Shown here: in pieces, positions 25,140 through 33,872 of the stretch
Layout of the letters: every line of letters begins with the position of its first letter
Position numbering within the stretch: position 1 is the first letter of the stretch
Assembly: GCA_017501125.1 (NCBI GenBank)
Contig: JAFVXN010000131.1
Location: 1-33,926, forward strand
Direction of reading: 5' to 3'
Length of the DNA: 33,926 bases
From: Clostridia bacterium
GTDB lineage: Bacteria; Bacillota; Clostridia; Christensenellales; Borkfalkiaceae
Made by a program: the position numbers and the translations under genes
Notes under the pieces: model-generated
The model's database searches: none
Told to the model about the DNA's origin: nothing
Seen by the model: the letters and a program-made list of their open reading frames with translations, nothing else

Positions 25140-25244
25140 GCAGGCGGACACCGCCTTATACGCGCGCAGGGGCGCGCACAATCACACGCTTTGCAGTCGG
25201 CAATTTTGCCCCCTTAACTACTACTGATTAAAGGAGCATATCAT

Positions 25245-26888
25245 ATGCAAAAAACGATAAATAGCACCGAATTTCGTAAGATGATTCTTGTGGGTGCAAA
25301 GGCTTTAGAGAACAATCGCGCCAAAGTTGACGCGCTCAACGTATTCCCCGTTCCCGACGGAGATACGGGTACCAATATGTCCTTGACGATGCAGTCGGCG
25401 GTCCGCGAGATTACCGCTTGCACCTCCAACGCTTTTATGGAGGTCTGCGACGCCGTCTCTAAAGGCGCCCTCAAAGGCGCAAGAGGCAACTCCGGCGTTA
25501 TCCTTTCCCAGATTTTGCGCGGTATCTGTGCAGTTTTGAGAGAGTGCGGGGCAGAATTTGACGTAAAAACCTTCGCGAAAGCGATGGAAAACGGCACGAA
25601 AGTTGCTTACGGTGCCGTGGCTGTACCCAAAGAAGGTACGATTTTGACCGTCGTTCGTATGATGAGCGAACACGCCGTTAAGGTGGCGGGCAAAAAGAAA
25701 ACTTTTGAAGAATTCTTCGCGGAAGTCATCGACGCGGGCGAAAAAGCGCTTGCTTTGACGCCGGAACTTCTCCCCGTCTTGAAAAAAGCAGGCGTCGTAG
25801 ACAGCGGTGGCGTCGGTTTGATGACGATTATCAAGGGCTTTGCCTCCGTCATCACGGGCGAAGAGGTGGCTGACGTCGACACGGAAGTCGCCGAACAAGC
25901 CCCTACGGACGATTTTGGCGACAATTCCGATATCATCAATCTCGATTTGGGCGAAATTCAATTCGCGTACTGTACGGAATTCTTCATCATCAACCTCAAA
26001 AAGAGCACGACGCTGTCCGATATCGACAGATTGCGTGAAAAACTCCTCAATTTGGGCGACTCCGTCATCTGTATCGGCGATCTCGACCTCGTAAAAGTGC
26101 ACGTCCACACCAACCAACCTGGCAAGGCACTCACCTACGCGCTCGAACTTGGCGAACTTGACCGTCCTAAAATTGAGAATATGCTCGAACAAAACCGTCA
26201 ACTTCGTGCCAAAATGGAGGCGGAGAAGAAGGAAATGGGTATGCTTGCCGTCTGTGCAGGGCAAGGTCTTGCTGAGATTTTCAAAGATTTGGGCGTAGAC
26301 CGCGTCATTGAAGGGGGTCAAACGATGAACCCCAGCGCGGACGATATCGCAACGGCGGCGCAACGCATCAACGCGGAACACATCTTCATCTTCCCCAACA
26401 ACAAAAACATCATCTTGGCGGCGGAACAAGCAAAGGATTTGGTGGAAAATCGTACGATTCACGTAATCCCTACCAAGAACGTACCTCAAGGCTTTGCGGC
26501 GGCGCTCGAATTCAACCCTGAGGCTAGCGCGGCTGAGAACAAAATCAATATGTTGCACGCCCTCGAGAACGTAAAAGCGGGTCAGGTCACTCACGCTGTC
26601 CGTGACACCTCCCTCAACGGTTTCTCCATCAAGGCTGGCGACATCATCGGCTTGGACGACAAGAAGATTTTGGCTAAGACGAAGTCTGTCGACGATACGG
26701 TACTCAAACTCATCGAAAAGATGAAAGAGGAGTTCCACCAAGTCATCACCCTCTACTACGGCGAGGACGTAAAAGAGGAAGAGGCGGAGGCGCTTTGCGC
26801 GAAAATTGCAGAGCAGTATCCCGATTGTGACGTCGATTTCCATCGTGGCGCACAGCCTGTATACTTCTATTTCATCTCTTTGGAATAA
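25245..26888 (+). CDS. DAK2 domain-containing protein YloV
   Basis: 547 aa. DALNVFPVPDGDTGTNM signature and a DegV-like C-terminal half. The 512-aa ORF on the opposite strand is an antisense shadow. Confidence 0.92.
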   Translation: MQKTINSTEFRKMILVGAKALENNRAKVDALNVFPVPDGDTGTNMSLTMQSAVREITACTSNAFMEVCDAVSKGALKGARGNSGVILSQILRGICAVLRECGAEFDVKTFAKAMENGTKVAYGAVAVPKEGTILTVVRMMSEHAVKVAGKKKTFEEFFAEVIDAGEKALALTPELLPVLKKAGVVDSGGVGLMTIIKGFASVITGEEVADVDTEVAEQAPTDDFGDNSDIINLDLGEIQFAYCTEFFIINLKKSTTLSDIDRLREKLLNLGDSVICIGDLDLVKVHVHTNQPGKALTYALELGELDRPKIENMLEQNRQLRAKMEAEKKEMGMLAVCAGQGLAEIFKDLGVDRVIEGGQTMNPSADDIATAAQRINAEHIFIFPNNKNIILAAEQAKDLVENRTIHVIPTKNVPQGFAAALEFNPEASAAENKINMLHALENVKAGQVTHAVRDTSLNGFSIKAGDIIGLDDKKILAKTKSVDDTVLKLIEKMKEEFHQVITLYYGEDVKEEEAEALCAKIAEQYPDCDVDFHRGAQPVYFYFISLE

Positions 26889-26934
26889 GGTATATTTATA
26901 AAATTAAAGGGTATAATTATTCATAAGTAAAAAG

Positions 26935-26962
26935 CGGGCGGAGAGAGGTTTTCTTCCGCCCG
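26935..26962 (+). terminator. Candidate terminator after yloV
   Basis: CGGGCGGA, a ~12-nt loop, TCCGCCCG, followed by ATTTCC (weak U-tract). Confidence 0.4.
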
Positions 26963-27005
26963 ATTTCCATAAAAAACAAAGATTGCGATAAAGGAGGGTA
27001 AAAAT

Positions 27006-29015
27006 ATGCGCTTGTCTGCGATAAAGAGCATAGGCGAAAGACGCGAGAAAGATTTTGCGCGCCTTGGCGTGAACAGCGTGGAAGATTTGCTCTCTTTTTA
27101 TCCGCGCGCCTATCTGGATCTAACCCAGCGCTCCCTGTTGAAGGGCGCGTATCACAACGACGTCGTGCTCATCGCCTGCGAGGTGTTGCGCTTGGCACCC
27201 GTCTACTACGGTGGGCCGAAGAAGACGGTGAAGGCGTATTGTAGCCAAGACGGCTATCCTTTCACCGCCGTATGGTTCAATCAGCCGTACGTGGCGCAAA
27301 AACTGCAACCAGGTAGTTATTTATTCTACGGACGGGTGCAAAATAAGTTTGGGCAGGTCACTTTGGTCAATCCCACCTTCGAGCCGCTCGATAGGACGAG
27401 GAACTTGCAGGGGATTATCCCCGTGTATCCTCTTTCGGGAGGGCTCACGCAAAAGGTGGTGAGGGGTGCGGTGCGCGAGGCGTTGCGCCTTGTCGAAAGG
27501 CAATCCGTCCTCCCTTTTCCTATTCAAAAGAAGTACAACTTTTCCTCGCTGACCTCGGCGCTCTATAAGGTTCACGCGCCGAAAACTCTCGACGAGATCT
27601 CCGTCGGCGCAGAGCGTATCGCCTTGGAGGAATATTTCGTCCTCCTCTCCGCTTTCCAGTTGATAAAGGGCGGAAAAGAGAACGTAAGAGTGCATAAATA
27701 TACATCGACGGCGACGGCGGTTAAGGAGTTCGCGACGCGCTTTCCCTTCGAGTTTACGGACGGGCAAAAGAAGGCGGTTAACGAAATCTACGAGAATCTT
27801 CGCGCGCCCGTCGTGATGAATAGGCTTGTGCAAGGGGACGTCGGTAGCGGTAAGACAGCGGTGGCGCTGTGTGGGATTTTTATGGCGGTCGACAGCGGTT
27901 ATCGTGCGGCGTATCTATCCCCGACGGAGGTGCTGGCGGAGCAAAACTACGCCCTTTTGCAAAGATATTTCCCCGACAAAAAGGTGGGGTACTTGGCTGG
28001 TGGTATGACGGCGAAGGAAAAGAAGGAGATGAAGGCGCGCATAGCCGCAGGCGAGATAGATATCGTGTGTGGCACGCACGCAATTTTGCAGGCGGACGTC
28101 GTGATCCCCGATCTTTCCTTTATCGTGTGTGACGAACAGCACCGCTTTGGCGTGGCGCAACGCAACGCCCTCTCCGAAAAAGGGGTTTGCGTCGATACGC
28201 TGGTCATGAGTGCGACGCCCATCCCCCGTACGTTGTCTTTGATCGTCTACGGAGATCTTGACGTGACGACGATTACGGACAAGCCCAAGGAGAGGCAGGA
28301 GATTGCCACGTCCATTATTCCTCAATCCCGCTACGGCGATATGTTAGATTATATTGCGCGGGAGACGAAGGCGGGCAAGCAGGCGTATTTCGTCTGCCCT
28401 AAGATAGAAGACGACGACGGCGAGGGGAGCCTCATCAGCGTTAAGGAATTGTACGAAGAACTCTCCGATAGGTTGCCGTCTACCCGTCTTGCTCTTCTCC
28501 ACGGCAAGATGAAGGAGAAGGAAAAGGCGGAGATTATGGCGGATTTCAAGGCGGGCAAGACGGACGCACTCGTCTCGACGACGGTCATCGAGGTCGGCGT
28601 CGACGTGCCCAACGCCACGATTATGGCAATCTACAACGCCGAGAGGTTCGGTCTGTCCCAGTTGCACCAGTTGCGAGGCAGGGTAGGTCGCGGCGCGGAA
28701 AAGAGTTATTGTTTTTTGCTGGTGGGTAGCGAAACGCCCGAGGCGAAGGAAAGATTGACGGCTTTTAAGGGCACGACGGACGGTTTTGCCATCGCAGAAA
28801 AGGACCTTGAGATGCGTGGCGGTGGCGACTTCTTAGGCACCAGACAATCGGGCAAAATGCTGGGCGAGATTAAGAATTTACGCTACGGTATGCAGACGGT
28901 GCTCGCGGCGAAGCGGCTTTGCGAAGAGGCGTTTTCAGGCGGGTACGATTTGACCGATTTGAAAGCGGCGGCGCTCAAAAAATACGAGTCCTTAAAGGAC
29001 GTCGTACTCAACTAA
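27006..29015 (+). CDS. recG: ATP-dependent DNA helicase RecG
   Basis: 669 aa. N-terminal wedge/OB region and helicase motifs GDVGSGKT, CDEQHRFG and QLHQLRGRVGRG. Confidence 0.95.
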   Translation: MRLSAIKSIGERREKDFARLGVNSVEDLLSFYPRAYLDLTQRSLLKGAYHNDVVLIACEVLRLAPVYYGGPKKTVKAYCSQDGYPFTAVWFNQPYVAQKLQPGSYLFYGRVQNKFGQVTLVNPTFEPLDRTRNLQGIIPVYPLSGGLTQKVVRGAVREALRLVERQSVLPFPIQKKYNFSSLTSALYKVHAPKTLDEISVGAERIALEEYFVLLSAFQLIKGGKENVRVHKYTSTATAVKEFATRFPFEFTDGQKKAVNEIYENLRAPVVMNRLVQGDVGSGKTAVALCGIFMAVDSGYRAAYLSPTEVLAEQNYALLQRYFPDKKVGYLAGGMTAKEKKEMKARIAAGEIDIVCGTHAILQADVVIPDLSFIVCDEQHRFGVAQRNALSEKGVCVDTLVMSATPIPRTLSLIVYGDLDVTTITDKPKERQEIATSIIPQSRYGDMLDYIARETKAGKQAYFVCPKIEDDDGEGSLISVKELYEELSDRLPSTRLALLHGKMKEKEKAEIMADFKAGKTDALVSTTVIEVGVDVPNATIMAIYNAERFGLSQLHQLRGRVGRGAEKSYCFLLVGSETPEAKERLTAFKGTTDGFAIAEKDLEMRGGGDFLGTRQSGKMLGEIKNLRYGMQTVLAAKRLCEEAFSGGYDLTDLKAAALKKYESLKDVVLN

Positions 29016-29033
29016 TATCACGATTATAGCAAG

Positions 29034-29064
29034 ACAGCCTTCCTTTTTTGGAAGGCTGTTTTTA
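29034..29064 (+). terminator. Intrinsic terminator of recG
   Basis: ACAGCCTTCC-TTTTTT-GGAAGGCTGT followed by TTTTT. Confidence 0.85.
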
Positions 29065-29194
29065 TTCGTAAATTCGTACATGGTATGGGTAAAACGGTCA
29101 AAATCCCACAAAAAACCCGCAAAAAAGACAAAAAGCGGCTATGTGTAAGAGGTATAATTGCCCTTGGCAAGGATTGCTTGGAGAGGACGGAAAA

Positions 29195-29965
29195 ATGGCA
29201 AGAAGGATAGTTTTTACGGGTGGAAAGGGTGGCGTAGGCAAGACGACGGTATGTGCGTACTTGGCGGCAAACCTCGCTAAAAAGGGCGCACGAGTGCTAA
29301 TCGTCGACGCAGATTTTGGGCTGAATAACGTCGACGTGGTATGCGGGGTGGAAGGGAACAACGTCTACGATCTTATCGACGTAATCGAGGGTAAATGCCG
29401 CGCAAAACAAGCGCTGATTAGGCACCCCGATTACCCTACCTTATACATATTGCCGAGCAACCGTTCTTCGCCTGAAAGGTACGTTTCTCCGCAGGCGTTG
29501 AAGGTGGTGCTGGACGGGCTGGAAGGGAATTTTGATTTTCTATTTATCGACAGTCCCGACGGGGTGGAGGCGGGCTTTCACCGTGCGGTGGCTTGCGCGA
29601 AAGAGGGGATCGTCGTGACCACGCCGCACATCACTTCGCTTCGTGACGCAGATAAGGCGATAGCCCTGCTTAGCAGTTATCGGTTGGAGTCGGTGTCTCT
29701 CGTCGTCAACAGGGTGCGAGGCGACAAGGTGTTATCGGGTGATAGTCTGTCGCCCGAGGAGATTGCCGAATTGCTTGCCATACCCTTGATAGGGGTAATC
29801 CCTGAGACGGATAGGTTGGACGGAGGTGCATACGACGACGGGGGCAAGCCGTTTCGATTGCTAGCGACGGGGCTGGTTTCGGGGAAAAAGCGTATCTTTG
29901 ACGCAACGAAAAAATATCGAGGGCTACTGGGCGCTATCAGCCGCGCCGTAAGGAAAAGTCTATGA
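29195..29965 (+). CDS. minD: Septum site-determining ATPase MinD
   Basis: Start at the ATG 29195 (MARRIVFTGGKGGVGKTT, a deviant Walker A). DADFGLNNVD and VYDLIDV motifs. C-terminal amphipathic tail RGLLGAISRAVRKSL. The track start at 29141 is rejected. Confidence 0.88.
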   Translation: MARRIVFTGGKGGVGKTTVCAYLAANLAKKGARVLIVDADFGLNNVDVVCGVEGNNVYDLIDVIEGKCRAKQALIRHPDYPTLYILPSNRSSPERYVSPQALKVVLDGLEGNFDFLFIDSPDGVEAGFHRAVACAKEGIVVTTPHITSLRDADKAIALLSSYRLESVSLVVNRVRGDKVLSGDSLSPEEIAELLAIPLIGVIPETDRLDGGAYDDGGKPFRLLATGLVSGKKRIFDATKKYRGLLGAISRAVRKSL

Positions 29966-30192
29966 ATATGAGCGAAGAATTTAGCCGTGCATACGGCGTT
30001 TTGCAGGCGGATAAAGCGCCGATGGGCGAGGGGTGTAAATCGCTCGTTTTGCAGGATTTGGCAGAGAAGTTTTCTCAATATTTTGATTTGGCTAGCCCCC
30101 CTAAGATGACGATCAAAGAAAAAAAGGGGAAGACGGTAGTAGAGATTACCTTCGAGGCGGAGCGCGTCAAAAAATTCAACGTGATTAAATAG
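29962..30192 (+). CDS. minE: Divergent MinE-like cell division topological specificity factor (tentative)
   Basis: 76 aa. ATGA overlap with the minD stop. YGVLQADKA..LVLQDLAEKFSQYFDL..VVEITFEAERV loosely parallels the MinE pattern (..LILIHDRA..ILKVISNYVEI..). The call rests on position and size. Confidence 0.5.
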   Translation: MNMSEEFSRAYGVLQADKAPMGEGCKSLVLQDLAEKFSQYFDLASPPKMTIKEKKGKTVVEITFEAERVKKFNVIK

Positions 30193-30208
30193 CGTAAAAG
30201 GCGACGAA

Positions 30209-30244
30209 AAAGCGGTGGGCTTATAGCCCACCGCTTTCACTTTT
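30209..30244. terminator. Bidirectional terminator between convergent genes
   Basis: AAAGCGGTGGGC-TTATA-GCCCACCGCTTT (12-bp stem). There is a clean U-run on the - strand read (TTTTTCG) and an interrupted one on the + strand. Confidence 0.8.
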
Positions 30245-30252
30245 ATTAATTA

Positions 30253-30831
30253 TCAAAAGAAAATTTCCGTATCGTCGTTGTTTTGCGTGCCGTCCAGCCT
30301 GCCGGAATAAGCGTCGTTTTCCAGTCTTTCCATATCGCGGGCGAATTCGTCTGCGACCTTTTCGATGGCTTTCGTCGTGCGGTATTTGACGTATTTATAC
30401 AGCGAATAGATAAGTTCCTTTGCGTAGATGAATACGAGCAAAATGCACGCGAAAATCATAGCGATAATCGACCAAGCGTCCGTCGACTGATTGACGATTG
30501 TGACCGTCAAAACGAAGAGAAGAGTGACGCTGATAAGGCGCAGGGCGATACGTGCGATCTGCGCGATAGAAAAGGTGGCGCGAAGAAAGACGTTGTTTTT
30601 GTCCATCAAGAGGTGCTTGATAAAGGAAAAGACGGTCAAAAGGATAAACACGAGGCACTCGACGCCGAGGACTGCGAGCAAGGCTATGCTGACGGCGATA
30701 TCCGTGTGCGTGAAGGCAACGACGGCGCCGAAAGCGACGTACGCCAAAAAGCAGACGGCTTTGAATAAAAGCCACGCGTGTTTAATAGATTTTACGGTGC
30801 CGTAAGTGGCGTCGATAAAATAATCCCACAT
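30253..30831 (-). CDS. Integral membrane protein, function unknown (192 aa)
   Basis: About 5 hydrophobic segments and an acidic C-terminal tail. AGGAG RBS that overlaps the stop codon of the upstream acyltransferase gene. Confidence 0.65.
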   Translation of the reverse strand: MWDYFIDATYGTVKSIKHAWLLFKAVCFLAYVAFGAVVAFTHTDIAVSIALLAVLGVECLVFILLTVFSFIKHLLMDKNNVFLRATFSIAQIARIALRLISVTLLFVLTVTIVNQSTDAWSIIAMIFACILLVFIYAKELIYSLYKYVKYRTTKAIEKVADEFARDMERLENDAYSGRLDGTQNNDDTEIFF

Positions 30832-30843
30832 AGGGTCAAACTC

Positions 30844-31974
30844 CTATAGATTGGTGTAGTAGTGCCCGTCTTCGTACTTATAATGTTCGTCCATAATCCG
30901 TTGATTTTCTTCCTCGTCCTTGATGCCGACGGCGTGCATAATCGCCATACGCGCTTGGTTGGTGAGTTCCTCGACGGCGACGCGTTTTTCCTTCGTCTTG
31001 TCGGGCCAAATAGGCGGACAAATATGGACGGTGACGTAGGGGTGTTTCTTATGCCAGAGCCTAGAGAGACCCGTACGTTCGCGGAAGGAATAGCCGATAG
31101 GGACGATGGGTCTGTCGTACTGATAGGCAAAGGTCGCCGCCCCCTTTTTGAAAGGACGAATAGGCACGTAATAGTACCAAAGCCCCGTTTCGGGATAGAT
31201 GTGCATCCACTTATTGCGTTTGTTGTGTTTTAAGATGTCGTCGATAAAATTATAGAATTTACGGAAGGTGGTCTTATCTTCGGGGATAGGCACGACGCCA
31301 GCCATCGAAAAGAGCCCGCCGAACTTAGAATAGATGATTTTGCCCCAGGCAGGTACGTTGGGAACGCCCATGCGCATAGACGCACACAGCGCAACGTAGT
31401 CCCACAAAAAGACGTGGTTGCTGACGGTGATAAACCCTTCTTTTTTCAGCCGTTTCATATACGGCTTTAGGTTTTTTCTACCTTCGACTTTGAGATGATA
31501 ACGGATACGGCACAAGGGGAAAGCAATGAGATAGAAGATGATCTTAAAGAAGAATTGCCCGATCTTAAAGAGAAACCCCGTCAAGGAGTTGTAATATTTC
31601 TTGTCTAGTTTGATTTTTCTCTTTTTCTTGACCTCGATGATCTGTTCGTCGGTGTTTTTGGGGAAGACGAAGGGGATATTCGGGATAAAGACGTCGCCCT
31701 GATTGACGCCACCGCCCATATCTTTTTCCAGTTCCCTCTTTTCTTTTCGGAATTGCTTGGTTTTTTCCCAATCCGCCTTTCTTTCCTCTTCCGCTCTTTT
31801 CCACTCCGCCTTTTTCTCTTCGCGAAGTTGTCGCTTCGCTGCCTGTCTTTCCAGCAGTTTCGCCTTTCGTGCCTCTTTTTTGGACAAAGGCACCGTGGAG
31901 GAGATTTCGTCACAAAGGGGCGCCGATTGCGTCTCGGTAATCAATTCAGTTGTTTCTTTCGTGACTTCTTCCAT
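30844..31974 (-). CDS. Lysophospholipid (PlsC-type) acyltransferase family protein with a long charged N-terminal extension
   Basis: 376 aa. HX4D motif in VSNHVFLWD and a downstream ..VVPIPEDK.. block. The first ~150 residues are Lys/Glu-rich (KKEARKAKLLERQAAKRQLREEKKAEWKRAEEERKADWEK). Confidence 0.75.
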   Translation of the reverse strand: MEEVTKETTELITETQSAPLCDEISSTVPLSKKEARKAKLLERQAAKRQLREEKKAEWKRAEEERKADWEKTKQFRKEKRELEKDMGGGVNQGDVFIPNIPFVFPKNTDEQIIEVKKKRKIKLDKKYYNSLTGFLFKIGQFFFKIIFYLIAFPLCRIRYHLKVEGRKNLKPYMKRLKKEGFITVSNHVFLWDYVALCASMRMGVPNVPAWGKIIYSKFGGLFSMAGVVPIPEDKTTFRKFYNFIDDILKHNKRNKWMHIYPETGLWYYYVPIRPFKKGAATFAYQYDRPIVPIGYSFRERTGLSRLWHKKHPYVTVHICPPIWPDKTKEKRVAVEELTNQARMAIMHAVGIKDEEENQRIMDEHYKYEDGHYYTNL

Positions 31975-32127
31975 CGTGGTCCTTATCCTTTATCGGCGCA
32001 AACAGCGCATACAAAAAAATTATAGCATATAAGACGGCAATTCGTCAATGATTTTACAAAAATTTTTATCCCTTTGTCGAAAGGGAGGCGCTGGAAAATT
32101 TTCTTTTAAGAAAAATCCGCCATAACA

Positions 32128-32156
32128 TTGACTTTTTTGCTCTGGTTTGCTACAAT
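32128..32156 (+). promoter_or_regulatory. Promoter of the DUF1846 gene
   Basis: TTGACT (32128-32133), 17-nt spacer ending in TGc, TACAAT (32151-32156). Confidence 0.7.
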
Positions 32157-32186
32157 AGTAAGGATAGAAAAAGGACGGACGTACCA

Positions 32187-33650
32187 ATGAAGAAACTCGG
32201 ATTCGACAACAAGAAATATCTGTCTATGCAGAGCGAAAATATCCAGCAGAGGATTGATTCGTTCGGCGGGAAGTTATATCTGGAGTTCGGCGGAAAATTA
32301 TTCGACGATTACCACGCGTCAAGGGTATTGCCTGGGTTTGAGCCCGACAGCAAGATTAAAATGCTGTTAAAACTTAAAGATATCGCGGAGATTTTGGTCG
32401 TCATCAGCGCCAACGATATCGAGAAAAATAAGTACAGGAGCGATCTTGGCATCACCTACGACGTGGACGTACTGCGTCTTTTGGACGTCTTCAAAAAGCA
32501 AGGTCTTTTCGTCGGCGGGGTGGTAATGACGATGTATCGTCCTCAGCCTCAGGTCGACTCGTTTATCAAGCGTCTCAGCCTTTTGGGTATGCCCGTGTAT
32601 AAGCATTACGCCATCGAAGGCTATCCCTCCAACGTCCAAAAAATCGTCAGCGAGGAGGGCTATGGGAAGAACGAATACGTACCCACGACAAGGCGTCTCG
32701 TCGTCGTGACGGCGCCAGGTCCTGGTAGCGGTAAAATGGCGACCTGCCTTTCGCAACTCTATCACGAGAACAAGCGTGGCGTCAAGGCAGGGTATGCGAA
32801 ATTCGAGACCTTCCCTATCTGGAATTTGCCTTTGTCTCACCCCGTCAACGTAGCGTACGAGGCGGCGACTGCCGATCTTAACGATGTCAATATGATAGAC
32901 CCGTATCATATGGAGGCGTACGGTCAATTGTCCGTCAACTACAATAGAGACGTAGAGATCTTCCCCGTCGTCAACGCGACTTTCGAAAAAATCTGGGGCT
33001 CTTCTCCCTATAAGTCGCCCACCGATATGGGCGTCAATATGGCAGGATTCTGCATCGTCGACGACGAGAAGTGCAGAGAGGCGTCCAAGGCGGAGATTAT
33101 CCGCAGATACTACGCCGCGATGTGTGAGGCGCGTACGGGCAGGGTAGGCAAGGAAGTCGTCGCAAAGATAGACTTGCTTATGCAAAAGATGGGCATCTCG
33201 GTAGCCGATAGAAAACCCGTTGCGGCTGCCCTTGCAAAAGCCGAAGAAACGGGCGCCCCTGCAACGGCGATGCAACTTGCCGACGGCAGGATCGTAGTCG
33301 GTAGGACGGGCGATTTGCTTGGCTCTAGCGCGGCGTGCCTTATCAATGCGTTGAAGGCGCTCGGCGGGATTGACGATAGGATTCAACTCATCTCCCCTAC
33401 GGTCATCGAGCCTATTCAACGCCTGAAAGTGGGGCACATGGGTAGCGTCAATCCCCGTTTGCATACGGACGAAGTGTTGATTTCGCTGGCGATTTGCGCG
33501 GTGACCAACCCTACGGCGGCGCTTGCGATGGAGCAACTGGAAAAATTGCGCGGTTGTGAGTTGCATTCCACCGTCATTTTGTCCGCGACGGACGAAAAAA
33601 CGCTCAAGCGGTTAGGACTTAGGATAACCAACGAGCCTAAAAAAGAATAA
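32187..33650 (+). CDS. DUF1846 (UPF0371) family protein
   Basis: 487 aa. The N-terminus GFDNKKYLSMQSENIQQRIDSFGGKLYLEFGGKLFDDYHASRVLPGFEPD is characteristic of this family. Confidence 0.85.
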   Translation: MKKLGFDNKKYLSMQSENIQQRIDSFGGKLYLEFGGKLFDDYHASRVLPGFEPDSKIKMLLKLKDIAEILVVISANDIEKNKYRSDLGITYDVDVLRLLDVFKKQGLFVGGVVMTMYRPQPQVDSFIKRLSLLGMPVYKHYAIEGYPSNVQKIVSEEGYGKNEYVPTTRRLVVVTAPGPGSGKMATCLSQLYHENKRGVKAGYAKFETFPIWNLPLSHPVNVAYEAATADLNDVNMIDPYHMEAYGQLSVNYNRDVEIFPVVNATFEKIWGSSPYKSPTDMGVNMAGFCIVDDEKCREASKAEIIRRYYAAMCEARTGRVGKEVVAKIDLLMQKMGISVADRKPVAAALAKAEETGAPATAMQLADGRIVVGRTGDLLGSSAACLINALKALGGIDDRIQLISPTVIEPIQRLKVGHMGSVNPRLHTDEVLISLAICAVTNPTAALAMEQLEKLRGCELHSTVILSATDEKTLKRLGLRITNEPKKE

Positions 33651-33688
33651 ATCGTGGGGTGCTGACGCACCCCTCAAAAGTGCAGGTG

Positions 33689-33723
33689 TATCGAAGCGGT
33701 CATAACGAGGCGGTCTTGAAAAC
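33689..33723 (+). pseudogene. Orphan 5' fragment of tRNA-Ser(UGA): D-arm through anticodon loop
   Basis: The 35 nt TATCGAAGCGGTCATAACGAGGCGGTCTTGAAAAC are identical to 33880-33914 of the tRNA gene 191 nt downstream. Identity stops inside the anticodon arm. There is no acceptor stem or 3' half. Confidence 0.7.
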
Positions 33724-33796
33724 TTCCTTCGTCTGTTTATGTAATTTCTTAAAAGCCCTTGATTTTATTGGGTTTTTCGCATCATCGGATGCACTT

Positions 33797-33821
33797 TGCG
33801 AGAAGCCTTTCTCGCAGTTTT
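33797..33821 (+). terminator. Candidate terminator upstream of the tRNA promoter
   Basis: TGCGAGAA-GCCT-TTCTCGCA followed by GTTTT. Confidence 0.45.
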
Positions 33822-33834
33822 CTCGCAAATTTCC

Positions 33835-33863
33835 TTGACTTGGATCAAGGTGTTTGATATAAT
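33835..33863 (+). promoter_or_regulatory. Consensus promoter of tRNA-Ser
   Basis: TTGACT (33835-33840), 17 nt, TATAAT (33858-33863). The tRNA 5' end lies 10 nt downstream of the -10 box. Confidence 0.75.
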
Positions 33864-33872
33864 TTCATATGT

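Noticed and set aside
25305-26843. 512-aa - strand ORF spanning almost all of yloV
   Set aside because: The + strand product has the unmistakable DAK2 signature (DALNVFPVPDGDTGTNM). The antisense frame is open only because of codon bias, has no RBS, and has an implausible R/V/D/F-rich composition.
26909-26917. GGGTATAAT as a recG promoter
   Set aside because: There is no acceptable -35 (GGTATA at a 17-nt spacing), and it lies upstream of the hairpin I tentatively call the yloV terminator. The evidence is insufficient.
32367-33566. 399-aa - strand ORF inside the DUF1846 gene
   Set aside because: Same reasoning: it is an antisense shadow of a confidently identified + strand gene.
33656-33673. 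GGGGTGC-TGAC-GCACCCC hairpin after the DUF1846 stop, considered as a terminator
   Set aside because: There is no U-tract on the + strand (it is followed by TCAAAAG). The better terminator candidate is at 33797-33821.
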